DNA of 64,000 bases from Oopsacas minuta (Eukaryota; Animalia; Porifera), in NCBI GenBank assembly GCA_024704765.1, contig JAKMXF010000324.1:186001-250000 (forward strand), in the 5' to 3' direction. The notes below the pieces were generated by a model. It saw nothing but the letters and a program-made list of their open reading frames with translations. It was not told the DNA's origin and ran no database searches. A program made the translations under genes and the position numbers. Below are positions 24,914 to 36,400 of the stretch, piece after piece; within the stretch, counting starts at the first letter, position 1, and each line of letters opens with the position of its first letter.

Positions 24914-25360
24914 AATCATCTCCAGGGCATCAAAATTCGCATGCGCTAATGAATGGTTTATTGGCCGTTTCCATTTCAATGTATACCAATGGTATCTCCG
25001 AAGTAGTAGGCTGCTCGTAGGTGAATGACAAAGAAGATACGAAGTACTGCCTAGTTATTTATCTCCTATTTAAAGGAGAAATATTCTAGAAATGTATCTC
25101 TCTATTTGACAAGAAATAAGTAATCATATATGGTGAATGAACCCCATCATTAATTCACACCTTGTAGCCGTTAAGTTGTATTAATTTAAAGTCCACTGAG
25201 TGTCACAAGTGGTTTGTTCACCAAATCATTGCTTATTTGACAAATAAACCGACACATTTCTAAAAAATTTGAACTTCATGTACTATAACATGTGGCTATT
25301 GTGGCTATTATGGCATACATTACACTTATATTATCACGATTGAAAATTGAACATTTCTAA

Positions 25361-25512
25361 TGCTGCGTTACGTTGCTACGTCGTTAGGTTGCCTTACGTT
25401 GCTACGTCGTTACGTTACATTGCAGTGCTACGTCGTTGGGTTGCGTTACGTTGATGCGTAGTGTATCTATGTATGTTTGTTTGTTTGTTTGTTTGTTTGT
25501 ATGTATGTATGA
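25361..25512. repeat. (CGTTR)n pentamer array followed by (GTTT)n/(GTAT)n
   Basis: Visible simple repeats. Confidence 0.85.
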
Positions 25513-26074
25513 AAATATGCATAAGAAATATCAAATTAGTTATATTTAGCTCAGCTATACTTTAGCACAGTTTTTGTGTATTAGCTTTTCTATGTTTGAG
25601 GAAAGGTCAATTTTTGGGATTAATGAAAGTCACATTTGGGAAGGAGTGTATGGGGTTTTGTATTGCAAAAAACTGTAGTATACTATAGCTAAGCTAGATA
25701 TAAGGAATCTCAAAATATATACACCAATACACCTGTGGATGACCTTTGCGCGATGCCCCCATCAATAAGAATACCAAAAGAGTAATATCGTGACTAAGGA
25801 AGAGCAAACATCAATATCAGGACCAACAGAGTAAATAACAAACATCAATATCAGACCAAAGAACACCAAAAAGAGACATACAAACAGATAAACAGTTAAT
25901 ATTATTTAATTATAATAGTAAGTTGACAAATAATACCAATATTAATTTACAAACAATCCATATTGATAAATACCAAATGGATAACAGCGCTATTACACAT
26001 TTGGAATGTATTAATATGAGTATTAGATGGTAAATTAATATTTAGTAAACAATAATGAAGTAAATATTTATGAA

Positions 26075-26220
26075 TAATACCATATGACAAGGTGTTAGAA
26101 TTAATAATATTATTGTAGCGGGACAATAAGTAACACATAACAAGGTGTTACTATTAATAATATATGAACCGGGACAATAAGTAAGATATGGCAAGGTGTT
26201 ACTATTAATAATATTATAAT
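26075..26220. repeat. ~52-bp tandem repeat, about 2.6 copies
   Basis: CAAGGTGTTA recurs at 26088, 26141 and 26192; CGGGACAATAAGTAA occurs twice. Confidence 0.8.
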
Positions 26221-26465
26221 TTGGAGGAAATTCAAAAAGATTGTAATTATTTTAAAATACACTTTACAAGTTACTTAACAAACTGATACTCCTGATGCGT
26301 GTCGCTTGAGGTGTCAGACATCAATAGCAAACAAACAAACAAACACGATCAAACATCAATAAAAGACCTACTCAGTCTTGTTGAAAAGAGAAGCGAGTGT
26401 AGAAGCCATAATACTGGTACCAGATAATTAAAGAAAAATCCGTTCCTATTTATACAAATTTCTCA

Positions 26466-26590
26466 ACACCTGCAATACACATATTGTCACACCTGCAATA
26501 ATTGGCAACACCTGCAGTTAATCTCTATGTAAAACTTAACATTAAAATCCATAAATAACACCTGCAGTGCAGGTTGCAACACCTGCAATA
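26466..26590. repeat. Cluster of five ACACCTGCA motifs upstream of MYG1
   Basis: Copies at about 26466, 26489, 26508, 26558 and 26579. Confidence 0.75.
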
Positions 26591-26805
26591 TTATTATTGT
26601 TACTATTCTATTTCTATGGAATTTGTATTATGAATTGTATTAGATCATTTCTATTGGAAATTTTATGAAAATTATTATTGAATATTTTTGTTTTGATCTA
26701 ACTTTGTTTGTTTGTTTATTTGTTTATTTGTTGTTTGTTTGTTTATATTTACAATATAATTAATCACATTCTACCAGCTTAATAATATAATTAGCCCTCC
26801 AATCT

Positions 26806-27852
26806 ATGCGTAGATTCTTCTACTCAATGGCAGAACTAATAAACATCAAAACTATCGGAACACACAATGGAACATTCCATTGTGACGATGCTCTAGCTTG
26901 CTACATGTTGAAAACACTTCCTGAGTGTAATGAGGCTAAGATAATTCGCTCCAGAGATCTCAAAGTCCTTGATGAGTGTGATATAATCGTGGATGTAGGT
27001 GCAGTTTTTGACCCCTCCAAACATAGATACGACCATCACCAGAGGGAATTCAAAGAGACTATGCATTCACTTAGTTCTGGGAAATATCAATGGTCCACAA
27101 AGCTTAGCAGTGCTGGCCTGGTTTATTTCCATTTCGGACATCGTGTCATCTCCAAAATATCATCATTACCTCTTGAGGATCCAAATTTGGAGATAATTTA
27201 TAGGAAAATGTATGAGCAATTCATGGAAGAAATCGATGCAAATGATAACGGGATTTCACAGTGCGACGGTCAACCGAAATTCAAAATAACCACAACCGTA
27301 TCCGCGCGTGTTTCTTATCTTTTGCCCGCTTGGAACGAAGTAGGTCGGACATTTGATGAAATATTTCCTGAGGCGATGGAGCTTGTTGGCAGTGAGTTCA
27401 CGTCCCGCGTCAAATCCCTTATAAACGCGTGGCTACCTACAAAGTATATTGTAGAACAGGCATTGATGCATTCACTGGAGATCGATCCGAGTGGAGAGAT
27501 TATTTTACTATCACAATATTGTCCTTGGAAGGATCATTTATTCGATATTGAAATAGCGCGTAGACTTATTGGAACTGTTAAATACGTGTTGTATGAAGGT
27601 GAGCAAGGAATGTGGCGTATTCAATGCGTGGCAAAACAATTCCAACATTTCGTGAACCGTAAATCTCTGCCTGAGCCTTGGCGGGGTCTAAGAGACAGCG
27701 AGTTAAGTGAAGTATCTGGGATACACGGATGTACATTTGTACACTCTAGCGGGTTTACTGGGGGTAATGTTAGTAAGGAGGGAGTTATATTGATGGCTAA
27801 GAGAGCCCTGGAGTTTGAGGAAGAACTCTGTGAAGTAAAGAAAATTGAATAA
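26806..27852 (+). CDS. MYG1: MYG1 exonuclease (DHH superfamily), intron-less
   Basis: IGTHNGTFHCDDALAC, VVDVG-type IVDVGAVFDP..RYDHHQ, KLSSAGLVYFHFG, LPEPWRGLRD..LS..SGIHGCTFVHSSGF.GGN. Start may be 26827. Confidence 0.95.
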   Translation: MRRFFYSMAELINIKTIGTHNGTFHCDDALACYMLKTLPECNEAKIIRSRDLKVLDECDIIVDVGAVFDPSKHRYDHHQREFKETMHSLSSGKYQWSTKLSSAGLVYFHFGHRVISKISSLPLEDPNLEIIYRKMYEQFMEEIDANDNGISQCDGQPKFKITTTVSARVSYLLPAWNEVGRTFDEIFPEAMELVGSEFTSRVKSLINAWLPTKYIVEQALMHSLEIDPSGEIILLSQYCPWKDHLFDIEIARRLIGTVKYVLYEGEQGMWRIQCVAKQFQHFVNRKSLPEPWRGLRDSELSEVSGIHGCTFVHSSGFTGGNVSKEGVILMAKRALEFEEELCEVKKIE

Positions 27853-28448
27853 TAGCAATTATTGATTTTGTGAGATTAAGAAACTCTAATTACTGACATT
27901 TTAGTGTTTATTGACAAAGTTGCATCGAAGTTAGTTCCACATATAAAATTTGCAAAAATCAAACTTCTCGATTTCTTGATACCTCACCGAAACCAAATCC
28001 TAGACAGTGGCTCCGAAAGTGTCATAGATTTCTAACGTATCCATAACATAAGTGGATACCCGCATGCATCATACTTCCTTACAATTAGAATCCTTACTGC
28101 AATGGTATATTCATATGCAATATTGCTATTATTTATATTCTAATGTTCTTACAGTTTAACTTGCTATTACTTGTTCTGGCCTTTTTGGGGATACAGTATA
28201 CTCCGATTGATAGGTTCACATCGGTACCAGGCCATTTCGAACCGATTTGTCCTGATCCTACTGATCCGATACCCTTATAGCCCAAAGTCAACTGTCCCAG
28301 CATCTGTTAACTAATTCAACTAAAAGAGTTGAACGATATGTTTTAAAGAAAATGAGGGCAAAATGGTAATATATATTTTCATTCTATTTCATGTGTGTTA
28401 TCATAAACACAAATTCCAATAACCATACCAGTTACCAACCTTTAGCTA

Positions 28449-29852
28449 ATGTCAGAACACCTAACTCACCACAAATCTAAACCTAAGAATGCTCTGTCAT
28501 CTCATTTCATTAGTAAGTCAAAAGCTGACAGACTCCATAACGGGCAGCCTCAAAAACGAACTAGCCAGTCTGGATCTTACATCCGGACGATAACCTCTCC
28601 CCAGAGGGACATGCCAGACCTCCCTCTACTCAAAGATTCGTCTCCTGATCAGAGTGCCGAGCTGCTCAAGAAAAAACTCGCTCTATGCTCGCTTGTTTTC
28701 AATTTTATGGACGCGTCGAGTGATTTACGAGCTAAAGAAGTTAAGCGTGCCTGTCTTAACGAACTTATCGAATACATGAGTTCAAACCGTGGTGTTCTAA
28801 GTGAAGCTGTGTATCAGCCGATTATATCCATGGTTGCTATCAACGTTCTCCGTTCTCTACCACCGAATGAACGTGAGGAATTCGACCCGGACGAAGATGA
28901 ACCAACTCTTGAAGCCTCTTGGTCTCATCTCCAGTTGGTATACGAGTTTTTTGTTAAATTCCTAGAGTACCCAGATTTCAATCCGCAGCTTGCCAAGAAA
29001 TATGTAAACCAGAATTTCGTTGTCCAACTCTTAGATCTATTTGATTCAGAGGATCCTCGTGAGAGAGATTATCTAAAAACTGTCCTACACCGTATCTATG
29101 GGAAATTCCTTGGCCTACGTGCTTTCATACGCAAACAAGTAAATAATATATTTCTACGGTACACTTTTGAGATTGAAAAGTTTTTCGGTATCGCTGAGTT
29201 ATTGGAGATTTTAGGAAGTATCATAAACGGATTTGCTTTGCCGCTACGTTCTGAACACAAAACTTTCCTGCAAAAAGTTCTTGTGCCGCTACATAAACCA
29301 AAATCTTTATATTTATATCACCCCCAATTGACCTACTGTATCATTCAGTTTCTCGAGAAAGATTCGACTTTGACTGAATCTGTTGTTCAGGGAATTTTGA
29401 GACTTTGGCCGAGGACTTGCAGCAGTAAGGAAGTAATGCTTCTGAATGAATTAGAGGAAATTTTGGATGTAATAGACCCATCGCAGTTTGTCAAAATACA
29501 AGCATTGTTGTTCACTAGAATTTCCCAATGTGTGCAGTCCCCACATTTCCAAGTTTCAGAACGTGCCCTTTATTTCTGGAATAATGACTACGTTTTTAAC
29601 TTAATTGAAGAGAACGTCAAACCTATTCTCCCGATAATGTACGGGCCCTTGGTAACAGCACATGGGAAGCAATGGAATGCGAATATAATAGAAATGATAG
29701 CTAATGTACTGAAATCATTTCGGACCATGGATTCTCAACTATACGATAAACTAGAAGGGAGATATCGTGATGACAAACAGACAGCTGAGAAAAAGTTAAA
29801 AGAACGAGCGTTCCTTTGGGAAAAATTAGAAGGAATGGCTCTTAGAAAATGA
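28449..29852 (+). CDS. PPP2R5: PP2A regulatory subunit B56 (B'), alpha/beta/epsilon-like, intron-less
   Basis: [66 protein letters not shown]. Paralog not determinable, so only the family symbol is given. Confidence 0.96.
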   Translation: MSEHLTHHKSKPKNALSSHFISKSKADRLHNGQPQKRTSQSGSYIRTITSPQRDMPDLPLLKDSSPDQSAELLKKKLALCSLVFNFMDASSDLRAKEVKRACLNELIEYMSSNRGVLSEAVYQPIISMVAINVLRSLPPNEREEFDPDEDEPTLEASWSHLQLVYEFFVKFLEYPDFNPQLAKKYVNQNFVVQLLDLFDSEDPRERDYLKTVLHRIYGKFLGLRAFIRKQVNNIFLRYTFEIEKFFGIAELLEILGSIINGFALPLRSEHKTFLQKVLVPLHKPKSLYLYHPQLTYCIIQFLEKDSTLTESVVQGILRLWPRTCSSKEVMLLNELEEILDVIDPSQFVKIQALLFTRISQCVQSPHFQVSERALYFWNNDYVFNLIEENVKPILPIMYGPLVTAHGKQWNANIIEMIANVLKSFRTMDSQLYDKLEGRYRDDKQTAEKKLKERAFLWEKLEGMALRK

Positions 29853-30043
29853 AATAATTTTCTACCAACTATTTACCTCACTTAATATTTATTGTCTTTA
29901 GAATTTGTTTGTTTGTTTGTTTGTTTGTTGTTTTGTGTTAGCGTCAACGCGTATCACTGATAGTAACTATTAAGTTTTATTCTCATAACTAAAGTATGAA
30001 TATTTTATTTATTTATCATATGAATACTTTTAATCCCATAGAG

Positions 30044-30158
30044 CAGCTGTAAGGTCCACGGACGACAGCAGGGGGCCACAAGTCTACGGGAGGGTGTCAC
30101 AGAGTATATAAAATTGGTATAAGGGTGTCCACGGTTGAAAAAGGATCGAGAATCGCTG
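30044..30158. mobile_element. hAT-type MITE with 8-bp target-site duplication
   Basis: CAGC...GAGAATCGCTG flanked by CCATAGAG / CTATAGAG (7/8 match). Confidence 0.65.
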
Positions 30159-30455
30159 CTATAGAGATAGTACAGAATTATTCGGGAATTCCCCTTGAAT
30201 GGAAAACTAGCTATTCATTCACTGGAATTTCTTTAATACTAACACCAACGGGGACGGCCATTTATCCTAAGTTCCTATTAACCGGAGTAATACAAATTTG
30301 TTGACGATTATAGAGACCTGACTTATGTGTCATAATTCTTCGTTTTATCCGCAAAATCGAATATTAAGTAAAATTTAATTGGTCAGCAGGAAGTGAAAAA
30401 TATAACCAAATATAACATATTTTCTGTAACCATGGTGATCTTATATCTGATTAGT

Positions 30456-31927
30456 ATGCAGGATCCTAACGAGGATACAGAATGGAATGACATCCTTAGA
30501 TCTAGAGGTATTCTACCCCCTAAAAAGGAGCCGGCTATAACAGAGGCTGAGATTACTCAGATGATCGATGCAGCAGCTGAGAAGAAGCAAGCAGAGGAGA
30601 TTAGGGGTACAGCTAAACCTCTAGAGGATATGACTATAGATGAATTAGATGCGATGGAGGATATAGAAGATGAGAGAGCTCTGAATAAATACAGGTTATA
30701 ATAGTGACGTCATAGTACAGCTAACTACTGTTATATCGAACACAGATATATCAAAATACCCGCTTATATCAAATCTGTAATTATACAAATATGGTCCCAA
30801 ACCGTCAAACTAACGTATATTCCATCGGGTATATCTAAGTAATTATCACGGCCCCTTAAGCTTCGATAAAACCGGAGTTGGTAATATATAATAATTGTAC
30901 CTTTTATGATAAATATTTCTATTTATAGAACTCAGAGAATGGCTGAAATAATGTCTGCACAGGCTAAGCCTAGCTTCGGTTCTCTCTTGGAGATAACAGC
31001 TCATGAGTATGTTACCCAGGTCAATAAAGCTGGGAAGATGATATGGGTAGTACTGCATCTCTTCCAACCATAATATCCTCAATATATGACTATAGCATAG
31101 GACAGTCAATTCCCGTTATATCGAAGCTCAAGGGACCACGATTATACGAATTTCTAGATAACGCGAACATATTTTAACCGTCCGTTGCTGTTAGTATTTA
31201 CTAGGTTACACTGTGCATCGATGTAACAGGAGTTGACTGTACTTCAATACTTGTCAAACAAGACTGATTTTCGACTCGGACAAGTTCGAATCATGAACTA
31301 AAATTCACACCTATTACAAAATTATGACGTAATTGCCATATCTTAATTCAAATTACTTTTGAATATTGTTTTCCTTAACATTCCTACTATCCCATTGTGT
31401 AACCTGCTTAACAAACATCTGGGAGAGCTTGCTATCAGATTCCCACATACTAAATTCATTCGTTCTGTCTCAACTGACTGTATCAAGAATTATCCTGATA
31501 AGAATCTTCCAACTCTCTTCGTTTACTTGGAAGGAGAACTCAAATTCCAATTCGTGGGTGCTCATTTATTTGATGGAATGAATCTCAGAGTACAAGGTAA
31601 TTACTGTTATCCGAAATTAGCACTATTGACAGTGATGTATGCACTGTAAGCTATCCGGAAACTAAAATGGACAAAACAGGTCTAACGTATAACGGATCAA
31701 AAACCGATTACGTCCTATGTGTGAATCAGAATTTTTGCTATACCCACTTCTCGGTAAATCTAATTTCTACTATTTCTATTGTAGATCTAGAATGGATGTT
31801 AGCAGAGAGAGGAGCTATAATAACAGAATTAGAATCTGATCCTAGGAAGGATAGAGAAATAAGAGATGCTATGAAAATAGGAATATCTACAGCTAATAGA
31901 GACTCTTCAGATGATGAATATGATTAG
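30456..31927 (+). CDS. PDCL3: Phosducin-like protein 3, 4 exons, 244 aa; intron 2 is U12-type AT-AC
   Basis: Exons 30456-30694, 30929-31072, 31388-31596, 31785-31927. [54 protein letters not shown]...GAI.TELE.DP. Confidence 0.93.
30716..30883. mobile_element. MITE family 1 copy in PDCL3 intron 1
   Basis: TACAGCTAACTACTGTTATATCGAACAC...GGTCCCAAACCGTCAAA...AAGCTTCGATAAAACCGGAGTTG. Confidence 0.75.
31073..31387 (+). other. U12-type (minor spliceosome) AT-AC intron
   Basis: 5' end ATATCCTC; branch site TTCCTTAAC at 31371-31379; terminal AC at 31386-31387. Removal joins TA+T into Tyr and restores the conserved HL...IPLC. Confidence 0.92.
31103..31239. mobile_element. MITE family 1 copy with altered interior, inside the U12 intron
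   Basis: Ends CAGTCAATTCCCGTTATATCGAAGCTCAAGGGACC and CGATGTAACAGGAGTTGACTG(TA). Confidence 0.7.
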
Positions 31928-32213
31928 TATTTGTATTTGTTTGTTGTTTATATGTTTGTATACAGATATATATCATATAGTGTATTATGCCGGTAGTATT
32001 ATTCACTCATATTTGCTATGATTTATTCAATCATTACTTAATATATTTCTTAAAGGAGCTAATATAGTTTTACGTGACGAATTTGGCAATTTTCTTGCTA
32101 TAATATATTTTCTTTAGCACAAACAGTAAAAATGTTTATATACATACTAACATACAATATAAATGGAAATACGAATCATGTCTTTCGGGGGCTAGCTAAC
32201 AACAAACTAACAT

Positions 32214-32837
32214 TTACTGTAAAGACTGATACTCATGCTTGCTGTAACACGGGGATAGGTTCGCCCTCTTTCTCCCAGTCAAACTTTCCTCCTCTTTCCT
32301 TGGTGTACCGAATGTTCTTATAAAACACACGATAATATTATGTAATACAGTAAGGACAATTCCATTTGCCAAAAAAATGAATCCTAATATCAAGCATAGG
32401 AGACTAAACGCATTCGTGTAGAATTGAATTGTTTCTTGGAAGTTTGTATTACACATTATCGCGAATTTTGTGATGATTGTCGAACTTATAGCTGAGCTAA
32501 TCTTGATGGGCCCACTATTGAAATCTACGATAGTACACGGGTTCTCAAAACTCGCGTGACAAGAAAATGGATCGGCGAACATTTCCAGATCCATATTATT
32601 ATCCGTCAGGACAGTCAACTCCAAATAATCGACACAGTTATTGAGGTTGGAGATGGTTATAGTGGTATTGTCCCGCATCTGGTATTTATTAGCGTAATCC
32701 GCGTCATAAGACCCCGACAGGGAGATCATTACGCCCATGGGCCAATAAATCAGATACATGAAAACAGTGGTGTAATAATACCATCTTGGGAGTACGTTGA
32801 AAAGGGAATATTTAGGATTCATTTTGATGTAGTACAT
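32214..32837 (-). CDS. Hypothetical membrane protein (two hydrophobic segments flanking a Cys-containing loop); 5' end uncertain
   Basis: 207-aa ORF with hydrophobic stretches near residues 19-40 and 143-172 and four Cys plus NxT/S sites between them; no recognised family. Confidence 0.55.
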   Translation of the reverse strand: MYYIKMNPKYSLFNVLPRWYYYTTVFMYLIYWPMGVMISLSGSYDADYANKYQMRDNTTITISNLNNCVDYLELTVLTDNNMDLEMFADPFSCHASFENPCTIVDFNSGPIKISSAISSTIITKFAIMCNTNFQETIQFYTNAFSLLCLILGFIFLANGIVLTVLHNIIVCFIRTFGTPRKEEESLTGRKRANLSPCYSKHEYQSLQ

Positions 32838-33447
32838 AAATTGGGTATTCTATCCTATATAATGGTGGTGGAAGTTGTAAGGACAACTCGTGCTATCTCC
32901 CTATCTCCCTATACACATATCGTATTGCATATTAAAGCTACACTCCACCATCTGTGTTAGATCACAAGTAATATTATGTAATGTTAATATAATTATTTGA
33001 GGAACTAATGATTGAATTAGGGAGGGAAGATGTGTTATATAATATTTGAGGGAAGAGTTATTATGTTAAGGAATGGGGTATAATCGTTGCGACAGAATTA
33101 TCAATATTTTAACATCTCTTCCAGAGTTTTTTCCTTCTTTATCTTTGCGTAAAATAATGTAACCTAATTTTGTACAGTGGTGTGTGCTATTATCAAATCC
33201 GCTAACTAGCAACTTATTCATGGACATAGAGCATAGGTACCGATCCCGGGGGGACTGAGAGGTTAGAGGCTTCCCTCGTTTGGCTACAGCCCCATAGAGC
33301 TAGAGCTAATACAAAATATATGTGAGCAGTCCTGAATCGTTCAAGTTGTTTGCATATAAAACTATGTGAATGTCTTTTTGTATATTAAAAAAACACATAA
33401 AATACAATATTGAAAACCTTTAAATACTAAATACAAATGAGCTAAAA

Positions 33448-36400
33448 TCAATTGATCTTTTCTTCGATATCTTTTTCGCTATCCTCGCTTGATTCATTTG
33501 GTTCATCCAGAGCCCATGACTGCACTTTACCGTCAGCTAACAGTGCGTAGCATATCATACCGAATAGACAGATCTCTGCTGTTACCCAGAATACATTTAT
33601 CCATTCCTTACGGTATATCTCAATATATGCAGGGCTTCTTGCTGGTATAGTTGAAGGAGGCTAGATACAAGACGGAGAAATGAATTCGAACTTTTAAATG
33701 ATATTAACAGAGATTATACATTGTATATCTGTTATAAGAACATCCTTGGGAGTAGCAATACATGTACTTATAACCTACATTTCCTGTATATATGTAAATG
33801 TGCTTAATTCTCCGCTTAAAATCTTAATGTACAGAGAGTGAATGTTTGTTCCTTAGATAGTTCGTACTTTAGCAAGGAAATTTATGAAAAATACGATTTA
33901 CAAATAGGCGAACTCTACTGTAGTTACAGAGTCCTATTCCTGAGGTCGAATGACCCTATTAACCGGTGTCTACTGTAATTAATTTATCTTGAAATTTGGA
34001 AAAAATCAGAGAAAAACTTTTTCGAAAAATTTCAAGGTGTTGATGACGCAACATATGTAAATACATTAGATTTTCGAAATTTTTCACATATTTACAAAAA
34101 CAAAATTTTTGAAAAATCTCAACTTTTCTTGAAAGTTCCCTTCCCCCTATGCAAACTGTTAAATGAATTCTTACCATTTTTGCTACAGCTTTAGCAAGCT
34201 GAGGTCCAAGAAATCCTGGTATAGTACCAAACATATTTGTTATACCCATGATGATACCTGAATATCTTGGGGCAATATCTAAGTTATTAACATTATGTCC
34301 TGCGATGACCATTCCTTGTAGACCTATGCCCAGTGATAGAAATACTATTGAGGTTGTTATAGTTGTACCGAAGTATCCACAGATTATTAGGAAGAATCCT
34401 GAGAAGAAAAGCCCTAGATTGGAAGAGATGGGTGATAGTCGTGGGTTATATGCAATAGACATAGACGCCATATGTAAATTATTAATTTGACTGCAGTGTA
34501 AGGGTTGCCGATATATGATACCAGTTTCCTCTATTCTGTCATATTCCCGTATGTGGAGGTTCATTTTATAGAAATCGGAATTCGCTCTATTTCACTCCGT
34601 TTCCAGAAGTTCCCGAGCTAATGTATAGTCAACTCCAGTATATCTAAGCTCAAGGGACAGCGATAATTACTCAGATATAACCGATGTACTTTGACGGTTT
34701 GTGACCATATTTGTACAACTTCAGACTTCGATATTTGCGGGTATTCCGATATATCCGTGTTTGGTATAACAGGAGTTGACTTTTTGGAAATATCAAACAC
34801 TGACAACTATTCGGTTACCTGCATTAGTGAATATCTTTCTCGTTGTGCCAGTACTTATCCATCTCTTCCTCACAAAATCAGCTATCTCTCCTGACGTCAT
34901 ATTAACTACTAAGAACACTGCATAGGGTATAGCTGATAGAAGTCCATTCTAGATTAATACAGATAAAATATTGAATAAGTTTGCACCTTTTATCTACACA
35001 CAATTCTGTGATATGGTGAGATGAATTGCCTCGAGACGTAATTTTCGGGAAGAGAGCACTCTGACTTACATTTTTGCAATTTTGAGCATATAAATAGAGT
35101 TATAGTTATCGAGATATTTGTCACATAAATACAGTATTCCGCTTACCAAAGCCACTGGTTAATCGGACCACTTTCCAGAAACAGGACCATACGAATAGTG
35201 TTATATTTCTCTGGTTATTCGGGTCAAAATTGTCTGATCCCGAGGTGGCCCTATTACGCTTAGTCTACTGTATTTATGCTTTAAAATTCTTCTTAACAAA
35301 AGCACAAATTTAGAAACCCACGACGATCAATTTTCCAGCTATAACATTCCCTTATTTGCTGTATTGGAATGGACTTGACTGAAGAACAAAGGAAAAAGTA
35401 TGCTTATCTTGATCAAGACCCTCTAGCTAACTTCAGGAAGCAAAGAGAGCTAGATTTCGACAGAGCAGTGGATATTAGAGTATTGAAAATGCTAGATGCT
35501 AAGCTGTATGTATGTAATCTCAGAGAGACTGTAAACTCAGCGAGGAGATGTAGAAAGATAAATACACTGTATTTCTCATTCTACCAAGCTTATAGAAAGA
35601 AGTGGGGGTATATGGATTAATTGTAATTACAAGTGTTTGTTTGTTGTTTGTTGTTACGCATATATAAACACGAATATTTGTACGTAATTATGTATATTGC
35701 CATGAAGTAATGAACAATGGACATTGAGGCCCCCTCCTGTCATCAGTGGACCCTAGGTTGTGAACCTCTGTTATAAATAAACTAGAACTCACCGTCCTTA
35801 TGTCTAGTCCTATAGTCTCCTGTAAGAATGTAGGCATACAGGTTAGCAGTGTATAGAACCCCCAGTTATTGCAGAATGATGCAATACTGATACCCCACAC
35901 GGGGAGAGATGTCCATATACGGAACCAAGGAGTATATCTCTAAAAACACATGATTAGGATAGTTATTGTTAATTACGGGGACAAAATCTCTTTCTAACAT
36001 TTATACAATAATATTCCTCAAATTTCTAAATTAACCATAAACTGTATTTTCTTCTAAACACACCCATTCGTTTTTCCGCCAATTTCTAGCGAGTTTCCAC
36101 AGATGAATTTTGACCTCTCAAAGAAACACCCTAACGGGCTGGGTAATCCATTCCTAAAACGTAGCCTAATGGCCGCAAGTACTGAAGAGCATAGCTGTGA
36201 GTTTGGTTCTTCCAAGTTTTACGCTCTCTGCGGTTTTGGAGGTATTCTAAGCTGCGGACTAACTCATACGGCCGTCGTTCCGCTAGATGTCGTGAAGTGT
36301 AGGATACAAGTAGACCCTATTAAGTACCCAGGTATCATGAAAGGGTTCATGGTTACCACAAGGGAGGGAGGAATTCGTGCTTTGGGGAAAGGTTGGGCAC

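Noticed and set aside
24386-25028. Five long ORFs (IRIRIR, YEYEYE, FVFVFV, NTNTNT)
   Set aside because: Artefacts of the (ATTCGT)n microsatellite, which has no stop in any frame.
24449-26590. Repeat arrays as possible CRISPR
   Set aside because: Head-to-tail simple repeats with no unique spacers, no cas genes and a eukaryotic context.
31071-31073. PDCL3 as a pseudogene with a premature TAA
   Set aside because: The TAA is split by a U12 AT-AC donor; the spliced frame is intact.
33065-33073. A second TTCCTTAAC U12 branch box on the minus strand
   Set aside because: No matching RTATCCT donor or in-frame exon pair was found.
35369-35400. MDLTEEQRKK resembles the SMARCAL1 RPA-binding N-terminus and is followed by GTATGC, suggesting a distant first exon of SMARCAL1
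   Set aside because: No in-frame AG acceptor exists near 37470-37500, SMARCAL1 has its own EENRKR motif, and the ORF continues as NDUFB10-like; treated as coincidence.
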